Part shown: one piece after another, positions 47,924 to 58,456 of the stretch
How the letters are laid out: the number at the start of each line of letters is the position of its first letter
Numbering within the stretch: position 1 is the stretch's first letter
IMG/VR virus record: IMGVR_UViG_641509434_000001
Coordinates: 1 to 64,000 of that record
From: a virus
Taxonomy: Duplodnaviria; Caudoviricetes
DNA: 64,000 nucleotides
Reading direction: 5' to 3' (one strand)
Made by a program: the position numbers and the translations under genes
Notes under the pieces: generated by a model
The model's input: only the letters and a program-made list of their open reading frames with translations
The model's database searches: none
Told to the model about the DNA's origin: nothing

Positions 47924-48071
47924 GGAATAGAAATATTGCTTATAGAATCTAAACAGAACTTAGGAATGATTTAGCTTTAGTGTACTAAGGAAAGTTGAAA
48001 GAAAAGGTAGAAATTTACTACAGTTACAATCATACATGTATTAGAGGCCTACCCAGTTTGAGGAGAACCCT

Positions 48072-48719
48072 TTGAAAAAGACACTACTTACTATCGCAGT
48101 TGCAGTTGCAGCTATTGCAACTCCATCATTAGCTAATGCTGATTCAGCAAATCATACTGAAGAACAAAAGCAAAATGAAGCTTTGGTTGTTATCAATGGT
48201 AATCACAGAAATGGTGAAGACCGTAAGGTATCACTCAAAGCTAATGGTTTTGATTATGATGAAATTCAAAACATTGTAAACCAAATCATTTGGGGAACAA
48301 CTGACGAATCAGTAAATAATGTTCCAGTACAAACCGAAACAACTCAACCTGTACAAGAACAATCTGCACCTGCAGAAGAAACACAGCCAGCTGCAGAAAC
48401 TACAGCTCAACCAGAAGTTACACAACCAGCTCCAGCTACTACTGCTGGACTTGACTTGAATACTACATCTGGATCTGTTGATATCACAGCATTGGCTAAC
48501 TATATGGCTTCAGCACATCCAGTAATGAGTGCTGGTCAATGGGCAAATGTTATCTCACGTGAATCAGGAGGTAGTTTAACTGCAACCAATGCTTCTAGTG
48601 AAGCTTATGGTGTGTTTCAATTGTTGGGCCACGGCGAATATCCTGGCATGACACTTGGTCAACAAATTGCTATGGCAAGTACATTGCCTGCATCTGCTTG
48701 GGCAGAAACTCTTTATTAA
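48072..48719 (+). CDS. secreted CW_7 (Cpl-7) + lytic-transglycosylase-like protein
   Basis: Sec signal; VINGNHRNGEDRKVSLKANGFDYDEIQNIVN (CW_7); WANVISRESGG...AYGVFQ. Confidence 0.75.
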   Translation: MKKTLLTIAVAVAAIATPSLANADSANHTEEQKQNEALVVINGNHRNGEDRKVSLKANGFDYDEIQNIVNQIIWGTTDESVNNVPVQTETTQPVQEQSAPAEETQPAAETTAQPEVTQPAPATTAGLDLNTTSGSVDITALANYMASAHPVMSAGQWANVISRESGGSLTATNASSEAYGVFQLLGHGEYPGMTLGQQIAMASTLPASAWAETLY

Positions 48720-48852
48720 GAGTAGTATGAGGAATGCTTAATTGCAAACCTCATATAAATGGTTACTAGTATATAGTAGCTATCTATATGAGATTTGATA
48801 AAGTCTCAAAAGAAACTATCTAAGGAGAGATAGATAGGTATAAGGAGAAAAT

Positions 48853-50916
48853 ATGACAACATCACTTACGATAGATCCTAGTTTGCTATCAGAAGTAACA
48901 GTTTATAAAAATGTACCAGTATACTCACCAAACAAAGTGGTGTTCTTTAAGAATGCTACTGACAGGTCTGCATACTTTAACATGTTTGAAAAGATATCAG
49001 GTAATGTTATGAACTTCATGAGGTTTGACTCAGAAATGCGTTTTCAAATGCGGTATGAAGATGCCTGGGGGTACAACTACATTTCATTCAAAGATAGAAA
49101 AGATGGAATAGAAATATTTGCTTTCATTAATAACTACGATTATGTTAGACCAGATGTAACTAGATTTTCTATTCAGATTGACGTTATTACTACATTCTGT
49201 ATGGGAGAATTTCTTGCTCCATTTAATAACTTACAAATTTCACGACAAATGATTACTAAGTCTGAGTATGCTTTAAATAGTCTTTATTACAAATCTCAGT
49301 CTTCAGATACTATCTCAGTACCATCTGGTATAGTAGGACAATCATCATATTTGTTTGATGATAAGAGATATGTAAGTACAACATCCCCAGTTGCTAGTCT
49401 ATTTAGTAGTTCATACATAGTTGTATTCAGTATGACTGCAGATATTGAAGCAGACTTTGGTAAAATAGATGCTAATACTGGTCAAGGTACTCCACGTATA
49501 AGTGCATCACCTACAGTAACTTATGACTTGATTACATCAGCCAATGACTTACTAGTATGTGACTATGATAACTGGGTCAAGTTAATTTCAACTAACTTGA
49601 AAGACTATCCTTACATTTCTAAGAATATTCAGAAAGCTGTATTGCTTCCTAAAATGTTCTTTGTAGGTACACCAAACAATACAGTAACTGACAATGACTT
49701 TACTGAAGTTAAAGTAGGTAATAGAACAGGAAGTTGGATAGGTGGAGATAGAGCTAAAGTTTATAGATTTAAGACTAACAGAACCTCTCAAGAATTTGAC
49801 TGGTTTTCTATCTCGTATGCAGATTTGTTAAATAACTCATTTGCAACTCCTATTGAAGAAGAGTTCTTTAGATCTCCTTACTTCTATATTGATACAACTG
49901 ACTGGCATGGCCAAACAGTTCAATTAATGCCTGAGTTACTTAACAACATTACAAACACTGCCTCTACTGGTAAGTTACACTATCATTGTCAAATGGTGTT
50001 AGGCCACTTGAATTCATTTGGTATCTACCCTCTTGATTACAACTCATTTGGTAGAGAAGCTGGTCGATTCAACTATACACCAGCTGGTAATGAAGCAAGT
50101 GCTTCTGACCAAGCAGTCAAATCAGGTCAAGATAAAGGTGAATATCTTAACACAGCTATAATGTATTCTGACTTTAATGAAATTCCTGTACCATATGATA
50201 GCTTTAAACTTTCAGTTGCTGACAAAGCATATGCTAGAGACATGAATTATGCTGGTACTAATATGGGACAAGCAGATAGAGCTGCTGGTCGTAAGATTCC
50301 AGGTATTCGTGATGCACAGAATGATAGATATGTAAATAAGCTCAGAACATATTCTAATTCTGGTATGGAAGCTGCAAATCAAAGTATGCAAAAAGGTTTG
50401 CAAGACAGTGCTAATGGAGACATTGCTGGAATCTACAATGGAGCAAAACAAGCTTATATGGATAGACTTACTGCTAATGCAAATAATCTTACTGAAGCAT
50501 CAGACTTCTGGACTAGCTTAGACAACTCACTTGATTCAGATAGATACTCAAATGGAGCAAATGGTTCAGCTGCTTCATCAACTACAGGTATGGCATTCAA
50601 CATGAAGAATCGTACCTTTGGTATTGGTCTTAAATATAGAGGTCCAGTAAACCAATCTCAATATGACTATATTAAACGCTACTACAGAACAATGGGATAT
50701 TTGTGTAACTACTCTGGCAAAGCACAAAGTCTATTCTCACATAAGTACATGAACTTCATTGCATGTTCAGGTAACTTTACATTGCCAAATATGGATCCAA
50801 ACCTCATGGGTATGATTAGAGCTATTCTTGAATCAGGTGTTCAATTATGGCATTATCAACCAGGAGTTAAAGACCCATTCCAACAAGACTTACTATATAA
50901 TGAAAGGATAGCATAA
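48853..50916 (+). CDS. tail protein (phi29 gp9-like)
   Basis: F.N...R.AYF, NYISF...FAFI...Y......T.F.IQIDVITTF, YY..MGY, ILESGV.LWH. Confidence 0.8.
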   Translation: MTTSLTIDPSLLSEVTVYKNVPVYSPNKVVFFKNATDRSAYFNMFEKISGNVMNFMRFDSEMRFQMRYEDAWGYNYISFKDRKDGIEIFAFINNYDYVRPDVTRFSIQIDVITTFCMGEFLAPFNNLQISRQMITKSEYALNSLYYKSQSSDTISVPSGIVGQSSYLFDDKRYVSTTSPVASLFSSSYIVVFSMTADIEADFGKIDANTGQGTPRISASPTVTYDLITSANDLLVCDYDNWVKLISTNLKDYPYISKNIQKAVLLPKMFFVGTPNNTVTDNDFTEVKVGNRTGSWIGGDRAKVYRFKTNRTSQEFDWFSISYADLLNNSFATPIEEEFFRSPYFYIDTTDWHGQTVQLMPELLNNITNTASTGKLHYHCQMVLGHLNSFGIYPLDYNSFGREAGRFNYTPAGNEASASDQAVKSGQDKGEYLNTAIMYSDFNEIPVPYDSFKLSVADKAYARDMNYAGTNMGQADRAAGRKIPGIRDAQNDRYVNKLRTYSNSGMEAANQSMQKGLQDSANGDIAGIYNGAKQAYMDRLTANANNLTEASDFWTSLDNSLDSDRYSNGANGSAASSTTGMAFNMKNRTFGIGLKYRGPVNQSQYDYIKRYYRTMGYLCNYSGKAQSLFSHKYMNFIACSGNFTLPNMDPNLMGMIRAILESGVQLWHYQPGVKDPFQQDLLYNERIA

Positions 50917-52664
50917 TGTCACTAATTCCAAACGTTGCACTTCGTTGGTATACTTATCGGTATGCAAGAGGAAGTGTTTCATTTTCTCAAGATAGAAATC
51001 AACTAGCTAATACTAATAATAGAGGACCATGTTTCCCTACAGGAGCAATTGTAAGAGCTGTGTCAAATAAAATAGCAGGCAGTTCTATAAATGCTGGTGG
51101 TGTTTTAACCTCTCCAGCTCCTAACTTCTTTAGCTTTCAAACAGATATTCTTGCAAGTCTACCTGATATGGACATCGGAGAACCTATATCTAACCCTGAC
51201 TATGAGGGTAGACAAAAAGGCGATGTTATTATATTAAGTAGTGAAAAGAGTACTGTAGATAAAAATGCTAGATATGATGCTGGTATGATGCTTGATGGCT
51301 ATAATATGATTGCAGTTACTAATGTCTATGACCCAGTAGGTAAAGGTATTAGAATTGTAAACTTACATGACTATTATGCTTCAAGTGGAGCTCAGGGTAT
51401 TGACTACTATAGAGCTAATATAGTAGAGCAATCCTTAGTTGAAACAGGCTTTGAAAAAGATTGGACAGGAGATTATCCAAAGTATTTATCTTATGCTGCA
51501 GCTTTGTATATTGCTTGCTATCTTGAATCACAAACACCAGCTAACATCATCGATGCAGGTAAATCAGAATGGCTTGATTATATGCAAACTAGTTGCTATG
51601 ATCAAAAGTATGCTAATACTTTAGTAGACGAAGACCCAAAGAGTCAACGTGATGCATTTAAAATAGCATACGAAGATGCTAAAGGCTATGGTCTATTCAA
51701 TTTACCAAATGGTAAAGATATGACTATTGAACAACAAATTAACACAGTATTAGAAAATATCAAACTTAGTAGCAACGGAATTACAAACTCTGGACTTAAT
51801 AATGGGGGCGCAAAAGTTACTATTGGTCAGCGAAGAGTAGGTGATCCACAACTAAGAATGAGAATTGATTCTAAGGATGTAAAAAAACAAGAATCAGTAG
51901 TATCTGATGACCACCCTGCTCGTCAAGTTGACACTGAAGGTAATGCATTGCTTTATGTTGCAAATCAATATGTAGAATCAAATTCAATGCTTGTACCTCT
52001 TCATTTGCCTTCTTACTTTAAAGTAGGTGGAGGTAAACCACATAGTACTAGTAATAATACATCTCATAATGGTGGAATATCTCCATCAAGTCCTGCAGGA
52101 ACTGGTAAGTTCATGAATGATGCAGTAAACTATGACTTTAAACTTACAATAGATAAAGTGGTAGACTGGATAATTTCAAATGGCTCAGTTGGTCGATTCA
52201 AAGCTTGGTGCAATAATGATAGAACTAAATGTAAACAAGTTCTTGAAGCAGTACAAGCTGCAGGTATGTCACCTGCTTGGTTTGCTGCTTATGAGTCTCA
52301 AGAAAATGGTAATGGTCGAGCTTCAGCAGATAGTGGTGGTACTTATGACTGGCTTAATGCCCGGTATGTAGGTGGCTCTCTATCTGGTGAACCTCCACTT
52401 ACTGGAGACCCAGTACAAGATGCTGCTAACACAGCTAAGATTCTATTACCTCATGCTTCTTCAACTACACCAGCTGGTGGGTTTGGAGTAAATACTGAAG
52501 CAGCGGCAGCAGCTATGCAACAATTGCCTACTCCAAGTATAGGTAGACTTTATGTTGCAGCTACAGCAGCAGCAGCGGCAGAGCTAATTAATCAAGATAT
52601 TGGATATGGTAAGCCAATGGCAGCATGTTCAGCAGTAATCGTAGCTATGGGAGGTACATTGTAA
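50916..52664 (+). CDS. tail-associated lysin-like protein
   Basis: GMSPAWFAAYE...WLN resembles tail lysins of small Gram-positive podophages. Confidence 0.55.
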   Translation: MSLIPNVALRWYTYRYARGSVSFSQDRNQLANTNNRGPCFPTGAIVRAVSNKIAGSSINAGGVLTSPAPNFFSFQTDILASLPDMDIGEPISNPDYEGRQKGDVIILSSEKSTVDKNARYDAGMMLDGYNMIAVTNVYDPVGKGIRIVNLHDYYASSGAQGIDYYRANIVEQSLVETGFEKDWTGDYPKYLSYAAALYIACYLESQTPANIIDAGKSEWLDYMQTSCYDQKYANTLVDEDPKSQRDAFKIAYEDAKGYGLFNLPNGKDMTIEQQINTVLENIKLSSNGITNSGLNNGGAKVTIGQRRVGDPQLRMRIDSKDVKKQESVVSDDHPARQVDTEGNALLYVANQYVESNSMLVPLHLPSYFKVGGGKPHSTSNNTSHNGGISPSSPAGTGKFMNDAVNYDFKLTIDKVVDWIISNGSVGRFKAWCNNDRTKCKQVLEAVQAAGMSPAWFAAYESQENGNGRASADSGGTYDWLNARYVGGSLSGEPPLTGDPVQDAANTAKILLPHASSTTPAGGFGVNTEAAAAAMQQLPTPSIGRLYVAATAAAAAELINQDIGYGKPMAACSAVIVAMGGTL

Positions 52665-53371
52665 TGGTTCAAGTTGTTCAGTTCTATATGGACAAATCAA
52701 ATGGATATTACTATCCACAAGTATATGAAGACGGTCAAAAATCACCAATTACTTCTACTCCAAGTCCATCAGGAGATGGTTCAAGTTCATTGTCTGGAAC
52801 ACAACCTCCATCAGAAGCAACTCCAGGCAACTGTGACTTAAAAGGTAAAGCACTGGAAGCAGCTAAATGGTGTATGGACGCCAAGAACTGGAATGGTATC
52901 ACTGACTACAACCACCCGGGGTTGGACGTAAGTGGTAGTGACGGACTAGGTCGAGGCAAAGTAAGAGGTTCAGCTCAATGTACTGACTTAGTTTGGGCAT
53001 TTGTAGCTTATCTTGAAGGCACATTAGGAGTTGAAGGTGGAGATACTCCAGCATGGAATGTTGAAGCAGGTGTTCAATCTGTATTTGGCAACTATCCTGG
53101 ATATGCAAACTGGAATACAGTTAGAATAAATAGTATTGATGACTTAAGACTTGGAGATGTAATTCGTGAAGAAGCAACTCCTGGCATGGGAGGTACTCAT
53201 AGTGAAGTTGTAGCTAAGATTGACAAGGCTGCAGGTAAAGTTTACTATCTTACACAAAACCCAGACTCACCTGCTATTAATGAAGTATCAACACCAGTAA
53301 CTGGACCAGTAAAAGGGTCTTGGGGAACAGATAAAATAGCATCAAGAATGCCAACTAAGTATATGAGCTAA
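52664..53371 (+). CDS. CHAP-like tail-associated peptidase
   Basis: AQCTDL, GDVI, THSEVV, LTQN; GGAGG RBS. Confidence 0.7.
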   Translation: MVQVVQFYMDKSNGYYYPQVYEDGQKSPITSTPSPSGDGSSSLSGTQPPSEATPGNCDLKGKALEAAKWCMDAKNWNGITDYNHPGLDVSGSDGLGRGKVRGSAQCTDLVWAFVAYLEGTLGVEGGDTPAWNVEAGVQSVFGNYPGYANWNTVRINSIDDLRLGDVIREEATPGMGGTHSEVVAKIDKAAGKVYYLTQNPDSPAINEVSTPVTGPVKGSWGTDKIASRMPTKYMS

Positions 53372-53380
53372 GGAGAGAAA

Positions 53381-53653
53381 ATGAAAAACGAAGTACCAGC
53401 ATTTATTGCTGACTGGATTGATAAATATGATGTTTACGCATTATGCAACTTATATATGAATGGTTTTGCTTATGTAAATGATGACTTAGATAAAGGTACA
53501 TATCTAGTAGTAGTTGATGAATTCTTTTATAATATTGAAAACTGGCTATCTTTACATGCGACTATTACAGGCTACAAGAAAGTTACTGACTTAATTGCTG
53601 ATCTTAAAGTTATGGGTTATGAAAAAGAACGTAAGTTAGGAGTACTCAAATGA
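53381..53653 (+). CDS. hypothetical phage protein
   Basis: VPAFIADWI N-terminus; AAGGAG RBS. Confidence 0.7.
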   Translation: MKNEVPAFIADWIDKYDVYALCNLYMNGFAYVNDDLDKGTYLVVVDEFFYNIENWLSLHATITGYKKVTDLIADLKVMGYEKERKLGVLK

Positions 53654-53910
53654 TACTAGAAGTAAACTACTTTAAAGCAACATCAGGTAAGTGGAAACAC
53701 ACAAAATCATTTACTATTCCACAACAGTACATTAATGATATGTACATAGTTAAAGACAATGTTGAAGCAATGGCTAAGTTGAATTATGCTTTCAGAGTAT
53801 GGGTAGAAGTTACAATTGCAGATGATGAATTTATTGCTGTACCAGATGTAAATGATAGTCCTATTATTGAAGAACTATTTGGCTTTCCAATGATGGTAAT
53901 GCCTGGATGA
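53650..53910 (+). CDS. hypothetical protein
   Basis: GGAG RBS; YFK..SGKW. Confidence 0.65.
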   Translation: MILEVNYFKATSGKWKHTKSFTIPQQYINDMYIVKDNVEAMAKLNYAFRVWVEVTIADDEFIAVPDVNDSPIIEELFGFPMMVMPG

Positions 53911-54428
53911 GAATACTAGCACTAGACTATTCTTCTGCTAGTACTGGCTTTTGCTGGTATGATACAGAGGATGGCACACTAATTCTAGACAGCATAGTAC
54001 CAGAAGAAGAAAGTAAAGCTGATAGAATACAAAACATAACATATAAGCTACTACGGTTACCCACTCCAGATTATATGGTGGTCGAAGAAGTAAAATCTAT
54101 GATCAATGCTGATACGCTAAGAACCTTATTGCGTGGAGTTGGGTATACTATAGGACAGCTTAATGTATGTTACAGAGACGTCGAATTTGTGGGGCCAGGA
54201 CAATGGCGTAAGTCTGCCTGGGGTAAATCTCCTAGAAAAAGAGACGATGCCAAACAATTAGCAATGGATATGTTGTGGGACTGGTGTATACCTTACAGTA
54301 ATGATGATGAAGCAGAGGCTTTAGGTATCATGCTATACTACATTAAGCATAACTACAAAGAGCACTATGATTACTTCATGGATGCTGAAAATTACAAATT
54401 TGCAATAGAGGATGTATATGAAACATAG
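53907..54428 (+). CDS. RuvC-like Holliday junction resolvase
   Basis: ILALDYS..STG, VVEE, WRK, DDEAEA. Confidence 0.85.
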   Translation: MRILALDYSSASTGFCWYDTEDGTLILDSIVPEEESKADRIQNITYKLLRLPTPDYMVVEEVKSMINADTLRTLLRGVGYTIGQLNVCYRDVEFVGPGQWRKSAWGKSPRKRDDAKQLAMDMLWDWCIPYSNDDEAEALGIMLYYIKHNYKEHYDYFMDAENYKFAIEDVYET

Positions 54429-54588
54429 ACTAATTAAAGACATTGAAGTAGTCAATAAAGGCGAAGATGTCAAGGTCACAATTACTAAGACCAAAGAACA
54501 CCACTTATCTAATGAAGAAGAGGTACAAACTTCATACACAGTCAACCGTGAAAAGTTGAAACAAATACTTGAAGAGCTTATTCTTTAA
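54418..54588 (+). CDS. hypothetical protein (56 aa)
   Basis: GAGG RBS; translated by hand. Confidence 0.6.
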   Translation: MKHRLIKDIEVVNKGEDVKVTITKTKEHHLSNEEEVQTSYTVNREKLKQILEELIL

Positions 54589-54609
54589 GTGAAATATAGG
54601 AGGAATAAA

Positions 54610-54852
54610 ATGATTGCAGTATTTGAAGATTGGCGTTCAGACTCAGAGTATTTATACATATCAAAATATGGCTTAGATACATTAAATAGAGTTTTCATTG
54701 AACTTTCATCTCAAAAATCAATGGCTATTCCTTTTACATCGAACAACATTATCTTATGGCTAATAGATGAAGTTGATATCTTGTGTATTAGAGCTGGAGG
54801 TAGATACTTGAATCTACAAGCAAGAACTCTTTTACATGATTATAAACTTTAA
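54610..54852 (+). CDS. hypothetical protein
   Basis: AGGAGG RBS before MIAVF. Confidence 0.6.
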   Translation: MIAVFEDWRSDSEYLYISKYGLDTLNRVFIELSSQKSMAIPFTSNNIILWLIDEVDILCIRAGGRYLNLQARTLLHDYKL

Positions 54853-54863
54853 CTATTTAAAGT

Positions 54864-54924
54864 GAGATACAATAGTTACTAATACTATAGATTAGTTGAG
54901 ATACAAAAGTTACTAATACTATAG
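54864..54924 (+). promoter_or_regulatory. tandem pair of phage RNAP promoters (34-bp period)
   Basis: gagatacaatagttactaatactatag (54864) and gagatacaaaagttactaatactatag (54898). Confidence 0.8.
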
Positions 54925-54954
54925 ATAAATTCTATAAGTTTTAAGGAGAGAAAC

Positions 54955-55281
54955 ATGAAACCAACAATGAGTCCATTTGAACCAAAAGTATTGACATTAG
55001 ATGATGTTCTAAATGAACATGATAAAGAAGTTAATAAAGAAAAAGTAGGTACAACCATTGATAAAATTATGGTTGTTATTGGTGGAAGTGCTACACTCTA
55101 TTTCTATCCAAACAATATCTACCTTCACTTCCTTCGTTCTAAAGCTGACCGTATTGAAAAAGATGACTTGGAACGTAAACATTACTTTGGCGGTAAATAC
55201 TACAAATTTACTAAAGTTGAAGAATATGAAAAAGATAATAATATCTGGGTTAAAATCATAATGAAAGAAGTGGCTAACTAA
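54955..55281 (+). CDS. hypothetical protein
   Basis: AAGGAG RBS. Confidence 0.7.
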   Translation: MKPTMSPFEPKVLTLDDVLNEHDKEVNKEKVGTTIDKIMVVIGGSATLYFYPNNIYLHFLRSKADRIEKDDLERKHYFGGKYYKFTKVEEYEKDNNIWVKIIMKEVAN

Positions 55282-55399
55282 TGAAAGAACAATTACAATT
55301 AGGCTACTGCAAAGATTGTAAACAAGCAACTTGTTTATATGGAGATAGTAAGTGTGTAACTTGCCATCGTGAACAAGAAAATGATTTGAGAGGGTTATA

Positions 55400-56110
55400 A
55401 TGATTAAAGAAAAAGGCGAAACAACTATTATTGAAGGTAAATCTTCAACATTTGAATTGATGTACAGTGATGATATGAAATGTCATCTTATTGAAGCATT
55501 GGATGATATTCGTGCTAAACATGATTCTATTCTATCTACTGGTATTAAACTTGTATCAAATCAAACAATCGTCATTATTCCACTTAACCCACATCTTCCA
55601 GTAAATATGGGCGTAATTCCAGCAAATCAAAAGACTGAAATTAGCTTGTTGTTCTCACATGATGCTACTATTATCAAAGGTTCTAAATTCATGATGATGT
55701 ATGTAGAAGATCAAGACGAACTTACAACTGAAGATGAATTCAACTCATTTGCTACTGGTAAAGGTTTTGAAATGAAACCAGTTGTTCCTTATGATGTTGA
55801 TGAAAAAGGCAATATTATTGAGGGAGAGCCTTCAAATAAAATCTTTACTATTGAGAAATCAACTCGACCAGATGTAAACTTAACAACTCACATTCGTAGA
55901 CTTAACCCTATCTTCCACATTGTTCCAACGACTCGTTCTTGGAATAGTGGCTTCCAATTTAACGTAAGCGTTGAAGAACTTGCTATTAATCATAAAGATT
56001 ATATTCGCTTTAGCTCAAATGAAGCATTGGAAACAGCAGCAGTTATTATTGGTATCTTTGTGCCAACTACAGACGAATGGTCAGAGGTTGAGAATGAAAA
56101 AGAAAAATGA
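55400..56110 (+). CDS. hypothetical protein with degenerate dUTPase-like N-half
   Basis: STGI...GVIP..Q.TEI.LL....I.KG resembles trimeric dUTPase without the catalytic Asp. Confidence 0.4.
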   Translation: MIKEKGETTIIEGKSSTFELMYSDDMKCHLIEALDDIRAKHDSILSTGIKLVSNQTIVIIPLNPHLPVNMGVIPANQKTEISLLFSHDATIIKGSKFMMMYVEDQDELTTEDEFNSFATGKGFEMKPVVPYDVDEKGNIIEGEPSNKIFTIEKSTRPDVNLTTHIRRLNPIFHIVPTTRSWNSGFQFNVSVEELAINHKDYIRFSSNEALETAAVIIGIFVPTTDEWSEVENEKEK

Positions 56111-56711
56111 TCTTAAACCAGATAAAGATATTCATATTATGATGGACGTTGAAACAACTTCTAACAATCAGTTTGATACAATGTTGCTACAGATTGCTAT
56201 GGTTGCTTTTGATTATGAAACAGGTGAGTATATTGATACATTTAATGCTATTATTGATACAGACATCTATCCTAAGATGACTTTCAATACAGGTACTTTG
56301 AAATTCTGGCTTGAAAATGCAGATGTACTTTTTAATTTACTTACTAAAGATGAGGAATCTGAAGCAATGTATGTATCAGAACCAGCAATGGTACGTAATG
56401 CAGTTACATGGATCCTTGCATTAAAAGAAGAATATCGAGGAGTATATCTCTGGGGCAATGGTGAGAACTTTGACAATACAATCTTCCATCACAAGTGCAA
56501 TGAGTTTAACTTCCCTTATCCAATTGACTATAACAAAGACTTGGATGTTCGTACTCACATGAAAACACTTGCTTCTTTACTTGGCAAACAATCTTCAGAC
56601 TTCAAAGACTTTAGTCTAAATGAAAACTTACATAATGCTATTGCTGATTGTAAATTCCAAATTGACTACTTACTAAAAGTACGTAATGAAGTAAGATTAC
56701 GACTAAAATAG
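56094..56711 (+). CDS. DEDDh 3'-5' exonuclease
   Basis: MMDVET, WGNG..FD, D.RT, HNAIAD. Confidence 0.85.
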   Translation: MKKKNDLKPDKDIHIMMDVETTSNNQFDTMLLQIAMVAFDYETGEYIDTFNAIIDTDIYPKMTFNTGTLKFWLENADVLFNLLTKDEESEAMYVSEPAMVRNAVTWILALKEEYRGVYLWGNGENFDNTIFHHKCNEFNFPYPIDYNKDLDVRTHMKTLASLLGKQSSDFKDFSLNENLHNAIADCKFQIDYLLKVRNEVRLRLK

Positions 56712-56723
56712 GAAGAAGGAAAC

Positions 56724-58440
56724 ATGAATCTATTTAAAGAGCTTAGACATCTATATGGAGGAGAATCAATTGTCTATGTAGGACTGAGAACTGCAAATGG
56801 AATGGAAGACTATGCTGTTTACTGGGACACATTAGAACAGTTTGCTCAAGACAACAAAGAAGAAGGCGATTGCTATATGACATTCGCTAGATTTGAAACT
56901 GTTGAGGGTGGTCGGAAGAAAAGTAATAGTATTGGTTCATGGTGTATTGGAGTAGACATTGATGATGCTCCATTACCAGAACAATACAAACCACAATTAG
57001 TATGGGAATCAAGTCCAAACAAACTTCAAGGGAGTTTATATATTTGACCATGAGTTGTCAGTAGAGGATACTGATGAAATAGCTCGAGGTCTTGCTAAAT
57101 ATATGGGCTTTGATGAAAATACCGACGCTATTCATTTCTTTAGAATACCTGGTTCAATTAATCATAAGTATCCTACAAAACCAGCAGTTGGAGAACCTTA
57201 CATCACAGATGAGAAACAAGGACTATCTCCATATCGTGTATCAGACTTTGCTAAAATTCGAGTTAAGAAAGAAATTAAGCAATCGTCTGAGAACAAACGA
57301 GTTGGTATGGACTTAATTCCATTGTTAGAAGTGATTGACCCAAATGACTTAGAATATCATGACTGGGTTAAAGTTGGTATGGCTCTTAAACAAGAAGGGT
57401 ATCAATTTGAAACTTGGGATACTTGGTCACAGCGCGATGTAAGATATAAGTCAAGTGAGATGCAAGACAAGTGGGATAGCTTCCAAACTGGACAAGGTCT
57501 ATCTGGTGCTACAATCATCATGATGGCTAAAGAAAGAGGTTGGGAACCACCTAAAGCTAAAGGTAGTAATAAAGACAAACGTATACAGTCAGAAGAACTT
57601 ACAGAAAGACCAGCTCTTAAGTTGGAACACATTTCATCTATTGATGATGTTCAACCAGAATGGCTTATTGAAGGACTTTGGGGTAAAGGTAATGTTGGCT
57701 TTATTGCAGCTGCACCTAAGTCATTTAAATCTACATTTGCTTATGACATGGCGATTGCTGTGGCATCAGGTCTGGACTTCTATGGACATAAAGTACATAC
57801 TCAAGGAAGAGTAGTAATTCTACAACTAGAAAATACTAACTTCTATACTAAAGTAGTACTTAAAAGAATGGCAGCAAATCTTGATGACTTACCAATTGAT
57901 TTAATCACAAGTCGGGTAACTTTAGATAGAATTGATGACATTGTAAATATTTGTCCACCAGATACTGTGTTACTTATTATTGACCCATTGTACTTTGCTT
58001 GGGGTAAAGGTGACTTACAATCTGAAGACAGTCGTGTCAAACTTCAGTCTTTAACTGATGCTGTACGTGAACGTGACATTGCATTAATGCTTGTCCATCA
58101 CACGAAGAAGTCATCAGAAGATGTTTCATCATCAGACTTGTATGGTTCACAATTCTTGGTATCTTGGTATGAATCTTTGATTATGCTCAACCGAGTAAAA
58201 GATAATTCTAATGCAGTACAAGTCAATGCCTCCTTCCGGACATTTAGTCCCAAGGTGTACAGGTATGCTGTATATCCGACAGGAATAAATATCTTGTCCG
58301 ATGTAAGTGGAGGCGTTGCTTCATTTGATGTAGGAGAAGTAGTCACTCCAGAGATTGCAGCTAGACATCTAGGTCTTACTTATAAAGACAATAAATTGAT
58401 AACTCAACAAGGAGATATTATCCTTGAATATAGATCTTAA
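56724..58440 (+). CDS. RepB-type primase / PriCT-2 / RepA(AAA_25)-helicase fusion, split by a 1-nt insertion at 57030-57032
   Basis: DID, WESSPN.QG, RIPGS.NHK, YHDWVKVGMALK, AAPKSFKS, IIDP, VHHTKK. Confidence 0.8.
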
Positions 58441-58456
58441 CAGATAAGGAGAGAAA

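Noticed and set aside
47926-48071. c-di-AMP riboswitch or WalR box before the secreted hydrolase
   Set aside because: The consensus sequences are not matched.
54864-54924. CRISPR-like array
   Set aside because: Only two units with a 7-bp gap; the motif matches the dispersed promoter family.
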